Made by a program: the position numbers and the translations under genes. The notes beneath the pieces are model-generated. The model made no database searches. It was not told where the DNA came from and saw only the letters and a program-made list of their open reading frames with translations. From positions 29,326,001 through 29,390,000 of the forward strand of contig CM120642.1 of assembly GCA_051362555.1 (NCBI GenBank): a stretch of DNA of 64,000 nucleotides, read 5' to 3'. The stretch is from Lingula anatina (taxonomy: Eukaryota > Animalia > Brachiopoda). Position 1 is the first letter of the stretch, and each line of letters starts with the position of its first letter. Below, piece after piece: positions 38,828 to 52,010 of the stretch.

Positions 38828-39495
38828 TATGTAATATTGCATCACAATTGACAAATATATTTTGTGCACTGTCACAATACACACTATGTAAGGAAAAACA
38901 TGTTACTTATCCTCCAACTTACAAGAATGACAATTATAGGATAAAAATAAAACCCCAGGTGAAGTGATGCGGTTATATTTTTTCCTTCTGAATGTTTTTC
39001 ATTTTTTACTCATTGACACTTTCATTGTATGACTTTGAACTCCAATGGGCCTGCATCTGTGCCCGTAGCCTCTTCCACATTAACTAACTTAAAGGAATTA
39101 TAAAAGTTAAGTTACGATTATGCGGTTTTTAAGCATCACTGTATACTATTCTGTGCACTGTCATGGCATGGTTATTTTCTGTTTTTTTATATATTTAATG
39201 GCATTGCTTCCGTTTTTGAGGCTTTATGTAACTCGTAATAAAACTTTGGTTCATTTTGCACATAGCCATGCTGGTTTCTCCAAGTCAATTCGCCTTAATG
39301 TGCATTGCCAGCATATTTATAGTGTCCATTTTAGTTTATGTATTACCCTCATCTTCTACAGTGTTTGCCATAAAATGTTACTTAAGACAATTTACATAAG
39401 AACTGCACAGCTTGTCATTCTTTATCTCAAAAACCTAGGAATAAGACCTATGTTATTTGTATGATCTTCGGAGTTTAGGCAAATATACATGTGTA

Positions 39496-41736
39496 ATGCA
39501 ACTAAAAACGACCTTCGTCATTGCCATAACTGTCTGCAATTTATTGCTGTTGTGGATTTGGCTGGTCAATAGAACAGGTAACTTTTATATAATTTTTATG
39601 AAAAATAGTTTAAATGACCGATGATCTAAGAAACATTGCATTGAATTATAGACGTTTGGAAAACACACATTTAAGAATAGGTGTTTGAAAAAGTTTGTGT
39701 TAAGCAATCATCAAACTATTAAATGTCAAACTCCCAATGTTAGTAAAGAGAGATGTTTTGACATAAATTGTTCTCAAAGTAAAATAGATAAAATTATCAA
39801 GTAATCAAAGCTTGCATTATTAGTATATGTACTTTCGGTCTTTTTCCTTTAGATCTTGAATGCATGATTCGTAACTGTTGAAACAAGTAGCAAAGTTCAG
39901 TATACTTTTCACCAGCATTTAAAAATATTGACGTATGGTTTCGACGATAATCAACTTAACAAGTGGATTTTATAATACTACAGAAATAGAGAGATATTTT
40001 TGCTCTGTTTAATTATTACATGAAAACTGTTTGTGGCGAAGGGAGTCACCGGGATATTTATTCATCACTGGAAAGTAAAGATAATTATGCGATAAAGCTA
40101 ATAAATTATAATAACAAAAAGAAAATTAATTAACTGAAAAGCAGGATGTAATTATTAAAGGTAGGGGTGCAAATGCTTTACCGAAACACCAAAATAACCT
40201 CAGAGATTTTATGATTTGCGTATATATTCCAGGTATTTATAAATCCGTATCAATTCAACAAGATGCAGAAGCACGCCAGGGAAGTGACACTGCTCTCCGA
40301 AGTAATTACAGTTTACCCAAGTACAATAAAGAACATCTTACCGTAAATAAACGGATCTGGGAGGTATTTATTCTACTGTTCATTCGGCAATCAGCTCATT
40401 AATTGGTTTAATAATTAATTTATTCATTCATTCTATCATACTTGTCTGTAGCAGCTGGTTTTTGTGTTCAGAATTCTGCTCTTCTGAAAGTCAAATAACA
40501 GCAATGCGTTTTATTACCTTTATCCAATTAATGTGTGGTTTAGAAACATATGTAATTTAAGCTGGTTCTGTACTGCTACTACCCTAATACGGGTTTGGTC
40601 AATAGATTGTAATGCTGTGAAATGGTTTGGATATGGTATATCTTGGTATTCAAGGGAAAGTGTCTTCAGGAAGACTTCCGGAAAAAGTACATAATTGTAA
40701 AGGCACAATACTCATCTTGTGGCTTAAAACAATCCTTCTTTGAATTTCTGTCGTTTACGTTGTGAGGTCGACTTCACGCGAGAACTATAGTTCTGAAACT
40801 TTTGTTGACCTTGCGATCTTAGCTTGTCCTTTTAGTTTGTCCTGTGTTTTCATTGGCCACACCTTTAATTGACCTTATATTGTGTACAAAACTTAACTTT
40901 TTAAACGCTCATACTTTTAAAACGAACGCATTTTTCAGTCATTCGGTTGGGACAAGGTACCTCAGAATTGGGTGTCTTCCATGATCAGGCGAAAACACAG
41001 GTTACGAGACAGATGCAGCACCCGCAAAACTACTCCATTCAACTATTTGAAGAAACAAAAATGGATAATAGTGGATGACAAATATAAACTGATATTGTGC
41101 ACAATGCTGAAAGCTGCAAGTCGTAACTGGCGCAATGTGTATCAGATTTTGTCCGGACGTCAGGATCCAGCAAATGTTGTCTTCCAGAGCCGTCCAAATT
41201 ATTACACACAGTTGTATTCCTATGACAGCAAGAACAACAGCAAGCGCTTAGCAAATTATCTGAAGGTCTTAGTGGTGCGAAACCCACTAGAAAGACTCGT
41301 GTCGGTGTACAAGGAACAAGTTTTGTTTAAGTTTTTAGGTCCTAGAGTGAAAAATTATTTAAACCAGCAATATAACAGGCACATTACTTTGCAAAAACAT
41401 ATTTTATTTTCGGATTTTCTGCTGTATATTGCAGATAATGGACCAAATAATATCCACTGGGCTTTGGTCGAGGATTTTTGCAAACCATGTGACGTTCAGT
41501 ATGATGTCATTGTTCATCATGAAGATCTAACCACCGACGCGCCTAATGTAATGCGTCTACTGGGCGCCGAACACTTGATAGCACAATTCCCGTCATCTCA
41601 TCGCGAGATCGAGTCCTACCGCAACGAGACTCTCATACAAAAATACTATAGTGGGGTAGATAGAAAACTACTTCAAAAGGTCTGGGATATATACAAGGAA
41701 GATGCGAGTTACCTGGGATATAAGCTAGGTCTTTGA
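39496..41736 (+). CDS. Carbohydrate sulfotransferase, HNK-1ST/CHST8-14 family, ~336 aa; join(39496..39577,40233..40363,40939..41736)
   Basis: Type II anchor MQLKTTFVIAITVCNLLLLWIWLV, 5'-PSB-like CTMLKAASRNW, 3'-PB VRNPLERLVSVY and HW...C.PC...YDVI. Phases are consistent; the exon 2 donor could alternatively be at 40342. Confidence 0.9.
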
Positions 41737-42424
41737 ATGTACACAATAATGCGGCACATACACGATCTATTTGGTCAGAATGATTATCGAAACGGCAACA
41801 ATTGTTCAGATATTGCTGGAGAGTGAACGCCGACTTCTAAGCCGTTGTCTCAGATTTTCAGATAAAAAACGGGCTTATCAGTTTATTAAACCAAACATTT
41901 GCTAAACTCAGTTAGGTTTACAATAAACTTATCGTGGCTGTAAAATATCATTTGTAAATTATTGATTTCGCATGCCAAGATCACATGCATTTAAATTGCA
42001 TTATTACCATCCATACACTAACGACTACAAACAGATGTATCAGAATTTCCGACATAAAATCAGGTTTTAAAACTTGATTTTTATAGCACTTTAAAGTAAG
42101 CAGAATATGCACGTATGATAAATTCAGCTTGGTCGACTTACATTCCATAGAATAATATCTTTAATATCGTATAACATAAGCACATAATATATTTTAAAAC
42201 AACCAATAACATTTTATTTCTCTTTTATATCTCGAAACATGCATACTTTTCATCATGTTTTAAAATTCGAATGTTTTTTTTTTACTCAAGAAGACGTTTG
42301 TTTTCTACCCAATAAGACTTAAATGACAAACATCCTTTGTGAACAATGAATAAATATACATTTAACAATTGAAGAACAATGGTCCAATAAAGCTGCTACG
42401 CTCAAACATGACATGCTGCATTTG

Positions 42425-45400
42425 CTAGATGCACTTTACAGACACAACAGTAACTTTCTGCAGTTTGGGGTTTATAACAGAGTAAGGGAATGCTGGTATG
42501 CCATTGCATGCTGCACCTAAAAATTAACAAAAAAATTTGGAATGTTTTTTGGAGCTTGTAATTTCACTAGTATTTGACATGGATCTGAAATATTATGTAA
42601 CTTTGTTTTGTTTTGGTGCCATATGATCTGTTTTATGACAGCAGCAAAACCCAAACTACATAACAATGAGAGAGCGATAAGAGAATGCCAGTATGCCATA
42701 AGAGAATGAAAAGCAATACAATCTGGTGCCTGTCTCTTGTAAAGATAATAAACAATTAAAATCTATGCCTGAATCTAGGACATTCAGTTAAAACCCACCA
42801 GATAAGAGATAATCCCACTGTCACATTAATCACTGATTATTAAACCAGTTGACCTTTAAATCTTCTCCCCAATATCAATCTAATTTTTACATGCTTACCA
42901 ACTTGTCCGTCTTTAGTTACAGCTATAAGTGCTCCTGAGAAGTTAGGATAATGGTGGATTATTCTCTGTATACTTTTGGCTGCAGCGAGGCTAGGGCTAT
43001 CCCCATTCCTCATAAACTCTACAGCCTGGTAGCTGCAACAAATAAACAATATTAATATAAAATTGTCTACATCTTGTTTCAAAACTTTTATTTTTAATAT
43101 ACAAATTAAATTTTGCTTTTGAATAATTGGTATTAATTAATGAAAGTATATATTCATATTGTTTCGGAGTAACTGAGAATAAAAGTGATGTAACAAACTG
43201 GGTTTGTACCAAATCAGGGAAAATGTTATCTACAAATCAGCAAAGGATCACCTTGGTAACAATCTCATCATGACGTCTCCATCCCCAGTTGCAGCAGCGC
43301 CCCCTACATCACTGTCAGCATATGAGCCAGCTCCAGCAATGGGAGAATCTCCAACCCGTCTAAAAAAAAAATAAGCAACAATTATTTAGCCAACTACACA
43401 ATAGTTTGCTTTAAAAGAAGTACAACATTTCAATTATCAAATTTCCTTTGTCATACTGGCTTACAAAAAATGTCCTTTTAATTATTTAGAGTATGCATGA
43501 TAAGCCTGCTCTAAGTAAAATGGGAGAAACCTGAGTAAAAAATTCAACTGGAATTCAAAATTTTCAGGCAACTTACCATCAAAAAATCAAAAGTGGCTTT
43601 TTTAACTTTTAAAAAAGGTATTAAGTATGATACCATCTCTGCAGTAAAAAGACAAAATATCATGATCATGTTTGCATATCATTCTACTTTAAAAATAGCA
43701 TAAGAAATAAGGCTTACGCGTACATGTACGTATAAGTAAAAAACAATTAAACCACTCATGCATGCCTACCCAGGTACTTTATGATTCATTCCATTTGTTG
43801 AGGTGCCTGAGACAACTTTCCTATTCTTATCCACAACCACCATCCCTATAGTGTCATGATTGAACCTGCCAATATCTCTGGATGAGGGAATTCGGTCATT
43901 TTGAATGACTTTATTTCTTTTATATGGACCACAAGACTTCCTAGGATTAGGTGAGACATTCTGGAACAGAAATAAAATGTGAACTATGGAAATAATTTTG
44001 CTTTTCAAAACTGAACTTTACAGTATTTCTTGATTCAACTACATGAATATTTCAGAACCAGAAGAAATATGTCATTATTTTCAATTCAACACACACAATT
44101 ATCTTTTGGACCCCATCATTCCATTTATAAAATGTAACTGCAGTAGCTTAATTATGTTTTGATATTAGCCCTGTTAGGGACAGATATTTTTACATACAAC
44201 TTACTTTTCTGTAGTTGGGCTGGCAATGATTATTTTTCCACTGTTTCCATATATTGATTGATTTGTTAGTGTGTAAATCTTCCTCTTTAAACCCCATGCC
44301 AATGGCAAACTGTGTAGCTGAAAACAAAAGTAGTAGAGTTAAAGAACACCAACTAGAATTTGTAACTTGTGAAATATAGTCATACATGTACATGTAGATT
44401 TAAGCTAAAAATGTTAGCATTCTCCCCAAAATACAATAGGTGGTGTTTTTCTGGTCTCAAACACAGTAATGTGCCTATGGCCCAATTCAAAAAAGGGTAC
44501 TAACTAGTCCGAGGGTCAAATATGGCTGAACCACTTGAATAATTCCCCATGGGATATCTATTCAGTGCCTATTAGTGGATTAGACGGCAAGCTTTGTAGT
44601 AGGTCACCATATTTGACCCTCGGGCTAGTTAGTCCACTATTCTGAATGCCTGCCCCCCCCCCCCGCCCCCCCCCCCCCCCCCCCCACCACCTAAAAAAGA
44701 AAGAACTATTTTTTTTTAATAATCTTTTTGAAGCATCTCTACTTGTACATTCCTTGAATAAACTTGGCCAGGGTGAGATATGTCTTAAAATGTCTTAAAA
44801 TGTACACACCTGATTCCCCTGCCAGCAGGGTGTGTGTCGTATAATCCATCACAGCTCTAGCAACACCAATCGCATTCTTCACTCTTTTCAAGGCTGAAAC
44901 TGCACCAACAGATAATGTTTGTCTGTAAAAACAAAATTTACAAATAATTACATTTACCTTTCATTTTTATAAAAAATTCTGCTCAACTGATTGAATAATT
45001 TACACCCTGAGTTTCATTGCCTTTGAAGAAGATTCTCTTTCACAATAAAACACTCATCTTATTTGTTAACTTTAAAAACTGGATATTTTGGCACATGGTA
45101 CAAGCACCTTTTACCAACATATAAAATAATTTATGACATAAAACATACAGTGTGCATAGGAACCATACTAGTAAAAGTTATATAAAAAGGGTACACAACA
45201 AAATTAATATAAAATAAGCTACTAGTATTATATACTTTGCAAATAATCTTGAAATAGTCTGCTTTTAGTTTATATTATTTTCAGATCTTCCCAGGTAAAA
45301 CTTTAATTTGTTGATTTTTAAACAGTCAGACTCAGTAAATTAAACAGGAGCCAATTAAGCAATGTTAGCACATTTTTCAACTGTTAGCACTTTGGCAGAC

Positions 45401-46612
45401 TTAGAGCAGCATATTTTTCTTCCTTTAGGTTCTAGTTCAGGTCTACGTTGTACATTTACCTGTATGCTTTGGTGCACAGCTTGCACTTTATCTACCCGTA
45501 ATATCATTGCTATGAAGTTTCATTTAACCCTTCATTAAAAATAATGATAATAATTAAATAAATAAAAATAAATAAATATATAAATATATAAATAATATAA
45601 AATTAGTTTGGATCCTGTACAAGTACTCTGATATATAGAGTTTAATGTAATCCACAGGTCTTCAGACAGTACAGTCCATTTGTCGTATAACAGTGTATAA
45701 CACACTTATCCCTACCCATCCATTATCATGGCATCCAGTGTTGTCTCTCCACTCTCATCAGGACTCCCTCCATATCCCACTGTACCATCACACTGGTCAA
45801 CCTCACACTGACCACACCCAGCAACTACTGCATCCAATACACTGCCACCACTCTGGAGAACCTGCCATGCTGAAATATAGGGGGCGTCTTGATAAGTCAA
45901 AGGTTCATTGGTCTGAAATATCCTATTCACGCTTTTCTTTAGTACCAATACATTATATGCTTTATTCATGCACAATTTGGACTGTCAAACCTTCGGAGTA
46001 ATGAGCCTTAGGACTATTGCTATGGACCCAAATATCACCAACAATATCAAGTCATCTACTGTGTTTCCTATGTAAATTAAGTCCCAGGTCTTTATGTCTA
46101 ATGGTACAAATAACTAATCGTCCTTCAGTCAGCATGCTGGTAAATACAGGGTTGAATTTTAATCAATGAGGCTTCCAACCAGTGGTCAAATCATTGACCA
46201 GTAATTTAGATTGAGCTCAATCAATATTAATATAGCAAAATAAATAGTACTGTACATATATGATAAAATAAATTCAAATGGTGGTCAACTCCACTGTGCA
46301 GAAGACCAGTAAAACTGTGTACTGTCAATATGTATGCTTCCAAAACAGGTACCAAAGATAAGCCTCCTACTAATTATTTACAAATAAATATTTTTTTTAC
46401 ATCCTGTCGGAAATTGATGAACCCGCGCGTTTTAACCAAAAATCATGCTTATTTTATTAAGTTTTATTGAGTTTAAATTAATTATAAAATGTACCTGATT
46501 GAGTTGCATTTGTAAAGGCCCAAGTATTTATGACAACCGGTAACAAATCCGTGCTAGAGTCTACATTTATAAAGAAAGTGAGGAGTAGACCCATGTTTAT
46601 AGACAGCGCCAT
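42425..46612 (-). CDS. AGA: Aspartylglucosaminidase (glycosylasparaginase), 340 aa; exons 46612-46495, 45869-45716, 44922-44810, 44317-44205, 43960-43770, 43359-43252, 43032-42899, 42516-42425
   Basis: Motifs [35 protein letters not shown], the autocleavage site HD|[21 protein letters not shown] and ATGDGD. Eight exons sum to 1023 nt in frame. Confidence 0.97.
44479..44655. mobile_element. MITE (family B) in an AGA intron
   Basis: ACTAACTAGTCCGAGGGTCAAATATGG / CCATATTTGACCCTCGGGCTAGTTAGT inverted repeat. Confidence 0.8.
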
Positions 46613-46629
46613 TTTGTATATCATGTGAC
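46607..46629 (-). promoter_or_regulatory. CLEAR/M-box (TFEB/MITF) element and YY1-type motif at the AGA start
   Basis: TCATGTGAC at 46621-46629 lies immediately upstream of the ATG of a lysosomal hydrolase. AAAATGGCG overlaps the start codon. Confidence 0.55.
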
Positions 46630-46840
46630 CACTTAATGAGGTCAGTCTCGTTCCACTTGTGCAGAGCTTAACCACGAGTGTTTCAAAAAGACGACAAATC
46701 ATTAAAATATATAGGTGATTTAAGACTGTATATAGAACCATGTAAAATAAAGAACTATTTGACTACTTCCAGTTCACCTCCAATCGTCGAAGCCAATTTC
46801 TTTCTTTATACATTTAAAATTCCGTGCACCTAACATGTAG

Positions 46841-46912
46841 TCCGGTATGGTCTAGTGGTTAGGATTCCTGGTTTTCACCCAGGCGGCCCGGGTTCGATTC
46901 CCGGTACCGGAA
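46841..46912 (+). tRNA. tRNA-Glu (anticodon TTC)
   Basis: Acceptor stem TCCGGTA/TACCGGA, A box TGGTCTAGTGG, anticodon arm CCTGG-TTTTCAC-CCAGG, B box GGTTCGATTCC, and a T-run terminator at 46921. Confidence 0.97.
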
Positions 46913-47902
46913 CACTGATATTTTTTCCCTTTATTATTTAGTTCAATTCAATTTATTTCTGTACTGGTATATAAATAATCATGACCTTGTAAAATGTAAT
47001 GTAATAAATTAACTGTTCTAAGGTGACGCCAGAATCATGTAGCACGTTAATTTCACAGAAGATAAATTTACCTCGTAAACCTTGTCTCCGTGACAAAAAT
47101 GTACATTTGTACCATGCTCAAAACATTTTGATTCTTTTCACCACATCCTTTTATTGCTGTCCTAGTTTTATTAAAGTAGTGTAGAAGAATAATATCAATA
47201 AATAAAAAAAATCATAAATACATTCTCAACTGATTCCAATTCTAGGTGTCAACTAAAACATTACTATGACAACTAAAAGTTTTAAAAACAACTTACTAGT
47301 GATCACTACAAGTAGGTGGTTGTATGACTATTTGCACTGACCTTAAGTAGAAATTTCAGATTGGAAATGAAAAACAAATGAATAAATAGGAGTGACGTAT
47401 TCAACGATTTAGAATACAAAATTATATTTACTATCAAATCAGGGTCTTTGCATCGGATTGTAAACATACAACCTTAACCTTGTAAATATTCTATACTAGT
47501 ACTTATCACATGTACCTTGGTACCCTAGGAATACAATAAAAATAGAAATGTGTAAAATCAAAATTTAACTCAAAATTTCACATTTTGGCATTAAGAAAAT
47601 GGTGATATACAACATTTATAATCAAAAATTACTAATATTACATCTTTAAATAAAGTAAATTGCACTTCAAATTTAAAGCAAAACCCTCTGCAAATTCAGC
47701 CAAGTTGTTTGACCTCAAACATTATCTCAAAGGAATATGCTTCGTTCTCATTCTGTGCTGGAAATGGACCCGAAAGCTGATAAATTTTTGTTTTAAAAAG
47801 TACATCCCCTCTGACAAACAATACAGATTTGATCAGCTCTGTGTGGAAGGCTCATCTTACACATTTTGCATTTTATTCTCATAATATAAATGCTGAGTAT
47901 GT

Positions 47903-50628
47903 TTACACTGTGTCTACCTCTGACGTTTTCATGCTCAAGTTGAAATTCCACTCCCATTTTAAATGTTCCACTTTTTGTGTTACCGTGACAACAAACTTTA
48001 TCTGTCCTGGGTAAAGCACACACTCAGCAGGTAACGGGGAAGAAGCGTCCATATTCTTCATAACAAAATCCATTTTTACTTCAACCTGTTTCGAAAGGCA
48101 AACATTAGCAATCTCAAAGCTAGCACCATTTCCATGCCTTCTTAAGAAAACTTTCAAGCAGTTCCCATCTTCACTTTCAGCAGGGACAAAAATACTTGTT
48201 TTAGCATTTAACATGCGTAATTGTGGCAGTTCATCGACCCAATTAACGGGACGATTAAAATTAAAATCTTTCTCCGTTTTCTCTGTATCGCAAATGCATA
48301 ATTTGAGACTGACACCTTGGTCTGCACACTCGCCGTATTTAGAGTAGGAAGTTATCCTCTCATAATTTCTAAGTACTAATTTCGTTGTCTTGCCGAGGTA
48401 GGAGTTTACTGTGATGAAGAAAATATCCTCCGTATACGGCTTTTCTTTCCTGTGCTGATATTTGTCAAAGGTTGTCACATACAAATCAAATTTTGTTGTG
48501 ACAGTGTAAACCCCATTTGTGCCCTGGAAAATAAATTAAAATTAAATTAAATTTTTTAAAATAAATCTTATAATTGAGAAGAAAAAATATTTAAATGAAA
48601 TCAACATGATTTTTCATTTAAACAACAGACCTTGCAAAATATGTAGATTGAAACTTATATGCTTATAGAAAAAAATTCAAATGTAAGTTACAATTTGGCT
48701 TGTTTTTTCCTCACCATTTTCCTCATCTCCTTAACATTCTCAAACCTAGTGGCCACCAGACGCCTGCAGGTCCCATACCCCGACTTAGCTGCCAAATCCA
48801 CATTGTGAAACTGGTCAGTGATCAAGTTATTCAGCTGTCCTAGAGCAAACTCTGCCACCAGTGCATGGTATGTATCATTAGACACCACAGTCTCGTAGCC
48901 CTCACATATGCACAGACTGGGGGGAAGTCGTGGGATATCATCACATGTTCTATTGGCAGACACTATGTCCAGCAGCCCCCGGGGTGGTATGTTGAACAGC
49001 TTGGCAAGGGCGGTGGCTTGAGGTGAAGGTGGAGTTTTCTTGGGAAGAAGTGAACGTAACATGTAATGCACGTCAAATATACTGACAAGTCTTCGCTGGT
49101 TGATTTTTAGGTTTTTCATAGCCTTAGGTCCCAGCTGGCTGGCTACTTGTTCAGGGATGAGGATGTAAAGAAATGGGTGGTACACCTCCAGTCTCCCCTC
49201 AATACTCTGTTCTACAAATCTTCCATAAGCGTTCCCATGGTCGGAGAACAGAACTGTGATTGTGTTTTCCTGGTTGGAGACAACCTCCAGGTACTTTGCC
49301 AGGTCTGGGTCTAATGTTTGAATTCTAGTGCCATATTCATCATGTCCAACATTTGTAGTGGCAAATGTAGCATATGGCTTTTGTATTACAGTGTGCAGAT
49401 TTTGGAATTCTGTCAAGTAGTCGAGAATATACTGATGATGGTGACGGCCATTATAACACACAACAGGGAGATGAAAAAATGGGTCCTTTTCACCATAGAA
49501 TTCTAAAATTGGGCAGCTTGCACAGGTAATGTCAAAGCCATCAATTGCTGCCTTGTCCAGTGCCTCAAGCAGTTTTCTCCACATGTCCTGCCTTGACAAA
49601 CTTTCATTATACACGAGAAGATCCTTCCCTACACCCCATTCCCTTATCCAACACAGATCTTCCAAAAAAAGTGTTGAGTAACCATGTTTTCTCAAAGGGC
49701 CAAACAGTTCTTGATATTTCAGAGGCTTTGGTGGCATATCTAATACCGCAAATGGCTTTTTATCCACATCTGCTTCTCCAGAAAACAGTGCTTGGATAGT
49801 CTCATAAGTTCTTGATCTAATGGCTTGAAACAGTTCATATTCAAACACAAACATCTTCTTTTCTTTTCTGTGATGAATTTTGCTCAAAGCTTCGATTGTT
49901 TTTGGCATAGATCTTTGGAAGTGTGGATGAGATACGGAATCAATAAAAATGAGATTAAAGTTTATGTGATTGTTCTGGGACTGAGATTGTAGTAGTTGAG
50001 ACGATGATTGTGTTTTTAACTGTGGTGGCAGCAGCAACAGCTGGGTCGCATAGTCCAAGAAAAGACTGTCCTTGCTAATAGACATATCTTCGCCCATTGC
50101 CTCTTGACCCTGTTGTCTTTTGAGAATGCAACGTAAAAAACAAAGTCCAAAATGTCTCTTTGGTGACAAAGGATGGATCAATTTGGCAAGAGCTTCTTCA
50201 AGGGATCCTGTTGGACAAGTAATTAGAATAAACAATGTTTAAATAAAATCCAGACAATATAGGTATGTTTAATATCAATTACTTTTGTTTTATGAAAATA
50301 TCTTAAACAGAAATGAGAGAGAGAGAGAGAAGAATTAGCAACCAAAAATACTTAACCGGTTGAAGTATAATCTGTCCACTTGGTTTCTCCAGTCTTTTCA
50401 TTGATGACTCCCAACTGGATGTCTCCTACACAAGTCTTCTTGATTTCACTGGCACTGCACTTAACATGGTAATCCTCCACTGAGATTTTCTGGAAGAATA
50501 CAGAGAAGAAGTTCATCAGCCACTTCATGTTATAAGCATAAAGTATTTTTTTCTTCAACTAACAGCTAAATACTGAAATTGTTTCCCTCCGATATTTCAA
50601 TGTCTATCAGAACATCTTCATCAGGAAT

Positions 50629-50673
<45 letters not shown>

Positions 50674-51277
50674 GGGGGGGGGGAAGGGGGAGAAGTAAAT
50701 CTTCTGAATAGAGGCTTATTCACCTGGATAGTCTCATTCCCTGATGAAAATGTTCTCACATACACCGAGATACTGGAAGTAAACAATTTCAATATTAAGC
50801 TATTCAATATTAGATTTTTAATTTAGCAATGATGAATATTTCACAATAAATCATATCATGTGATCTTGGGACATGATTAACAAATTTTAGGCATTCAGGA
50901 CAAACCTTGATCTTGCAAAAAAGATATTCTGTCTGATGATCACAGGTGTCTACAGTCTTCCCTTTGAAAAGTTTCTCTGCCAACTGACAAGAATTAGGAG
51001 CAGGGGGGATACGCTGACATCTCACAGAGGGGTCCATTTGATTACCACCATACCACGGTGGGGGTGCCCTACTGGGACACACCCCCTGTGAATTTCCTGT
51101 TACAATCTTCCTAACTGAGGGGATTTCATGATTCACAACCTCTTGGCTAGGTATATGGATGGTCTGAGGTTGTTTGGGTAACACAGCATTCAGGCTGTAT
51201 CTCATAATAATGTATAGGACAACAACAGCACAGCCTGCTTTAATAAGGAGGATTGTTTTCTTCTTTGGACAGAGCAT
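47903..51277 (-). CDS. DUF229-family type II membrane protein (alkaline phosphatase/sulfatase-like), 872 aa; exons 51277-50906, 50489-50357, 50207-48715, 48523-47903
   Basis: N-terminal signal anchor, then NLIFIDSVSHPHFQRSMPKT, GYSTLFLED, TNVGHD, FSDHG, NQRRLVSIFDVHY and NRTC..IP...C.C motifs. Phases are consistent (2619 nt). Confidence 0.88.
50628..50690. repeat. Poly-G tract in a DUF229 intron
   Basis: About 60 nt of nearly pure G. Confidence 0.95.
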
Positions 51278-51794
51278 GGTATTGGTGTTAATGAGATATC
51301 CCCTGCTGGTCCACAGGCATGTGGCACTGGTTGTGATACTGGATCTGGTTGGCTACATCTCAGAGTACTTCATCATATGTACCCACATGTACCGTGGTAC
51401 TTGTGATATTATCATGAGGTGCGTTCTCCATGGCCCTGCAATATTTAAACAGATCAATGAATGTAAACATGTACAAAAACATGCAAATGGAGCTTGATTC
51501 TAGTTCAGAAAAAAAAAATTAAAATAAAAACTTGTCAGGCATTTGAAAGGCTGTGGTTTTTAGGTTCATTGACCAATCAAGGAGACAATCAAGCATGTCC
51601 CAATACATTAGGCAATCTGAAAAGGTGAAATATAGGTGCGTCGGGTGAGACATAAGAGCAACTCCTGTTATAATTTTCTGCACTTCGCATTCAAGGGTTT
51701 ATTGTTACTGAATGATGTTTAAAATGAAATGAGTGGGGAATCTTTTCCATTCAATTTAGTCGAATCATCGACTGACAAGTCAAGCGTATCAAAC

Positions 51795-52010
51795 AAAAGC
51801 CGGAAGGTAGGGTTCCTGATCATGTCTTTCCATATGAAACTTAATTAAAAACAACACTTCCATTATCAGATAGCACTTGCCTGAGACACAATCGGGGCAC
51901 CTTATTTCTATGTGTTGACATTTTTCAAACCACGTTCACGTTCTTTCATTCTGCTTCCGGCAGTCCCGCATTTCACAAATACTTCCGGTGTAAACATTAC
52001 CACGTGCTTT
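51795..52010. promoter_or_regulatory. Probable promoter of the DUF229 gene
   Basis: Clustered ETS motifs (CCGGAAG ~51800, CTTCCGG 51954 and 51982), GTAAACA and CACGTG, upstream of an acceptor at ~51436. Confidence 0.4.

Noticed and set aside
50607-50807. Poly-proline ORF, and the Leu-Ser ORF at 58670-58858
   Set aside because: They are translations of a poly-G tract and an (AG)n microsatellite.
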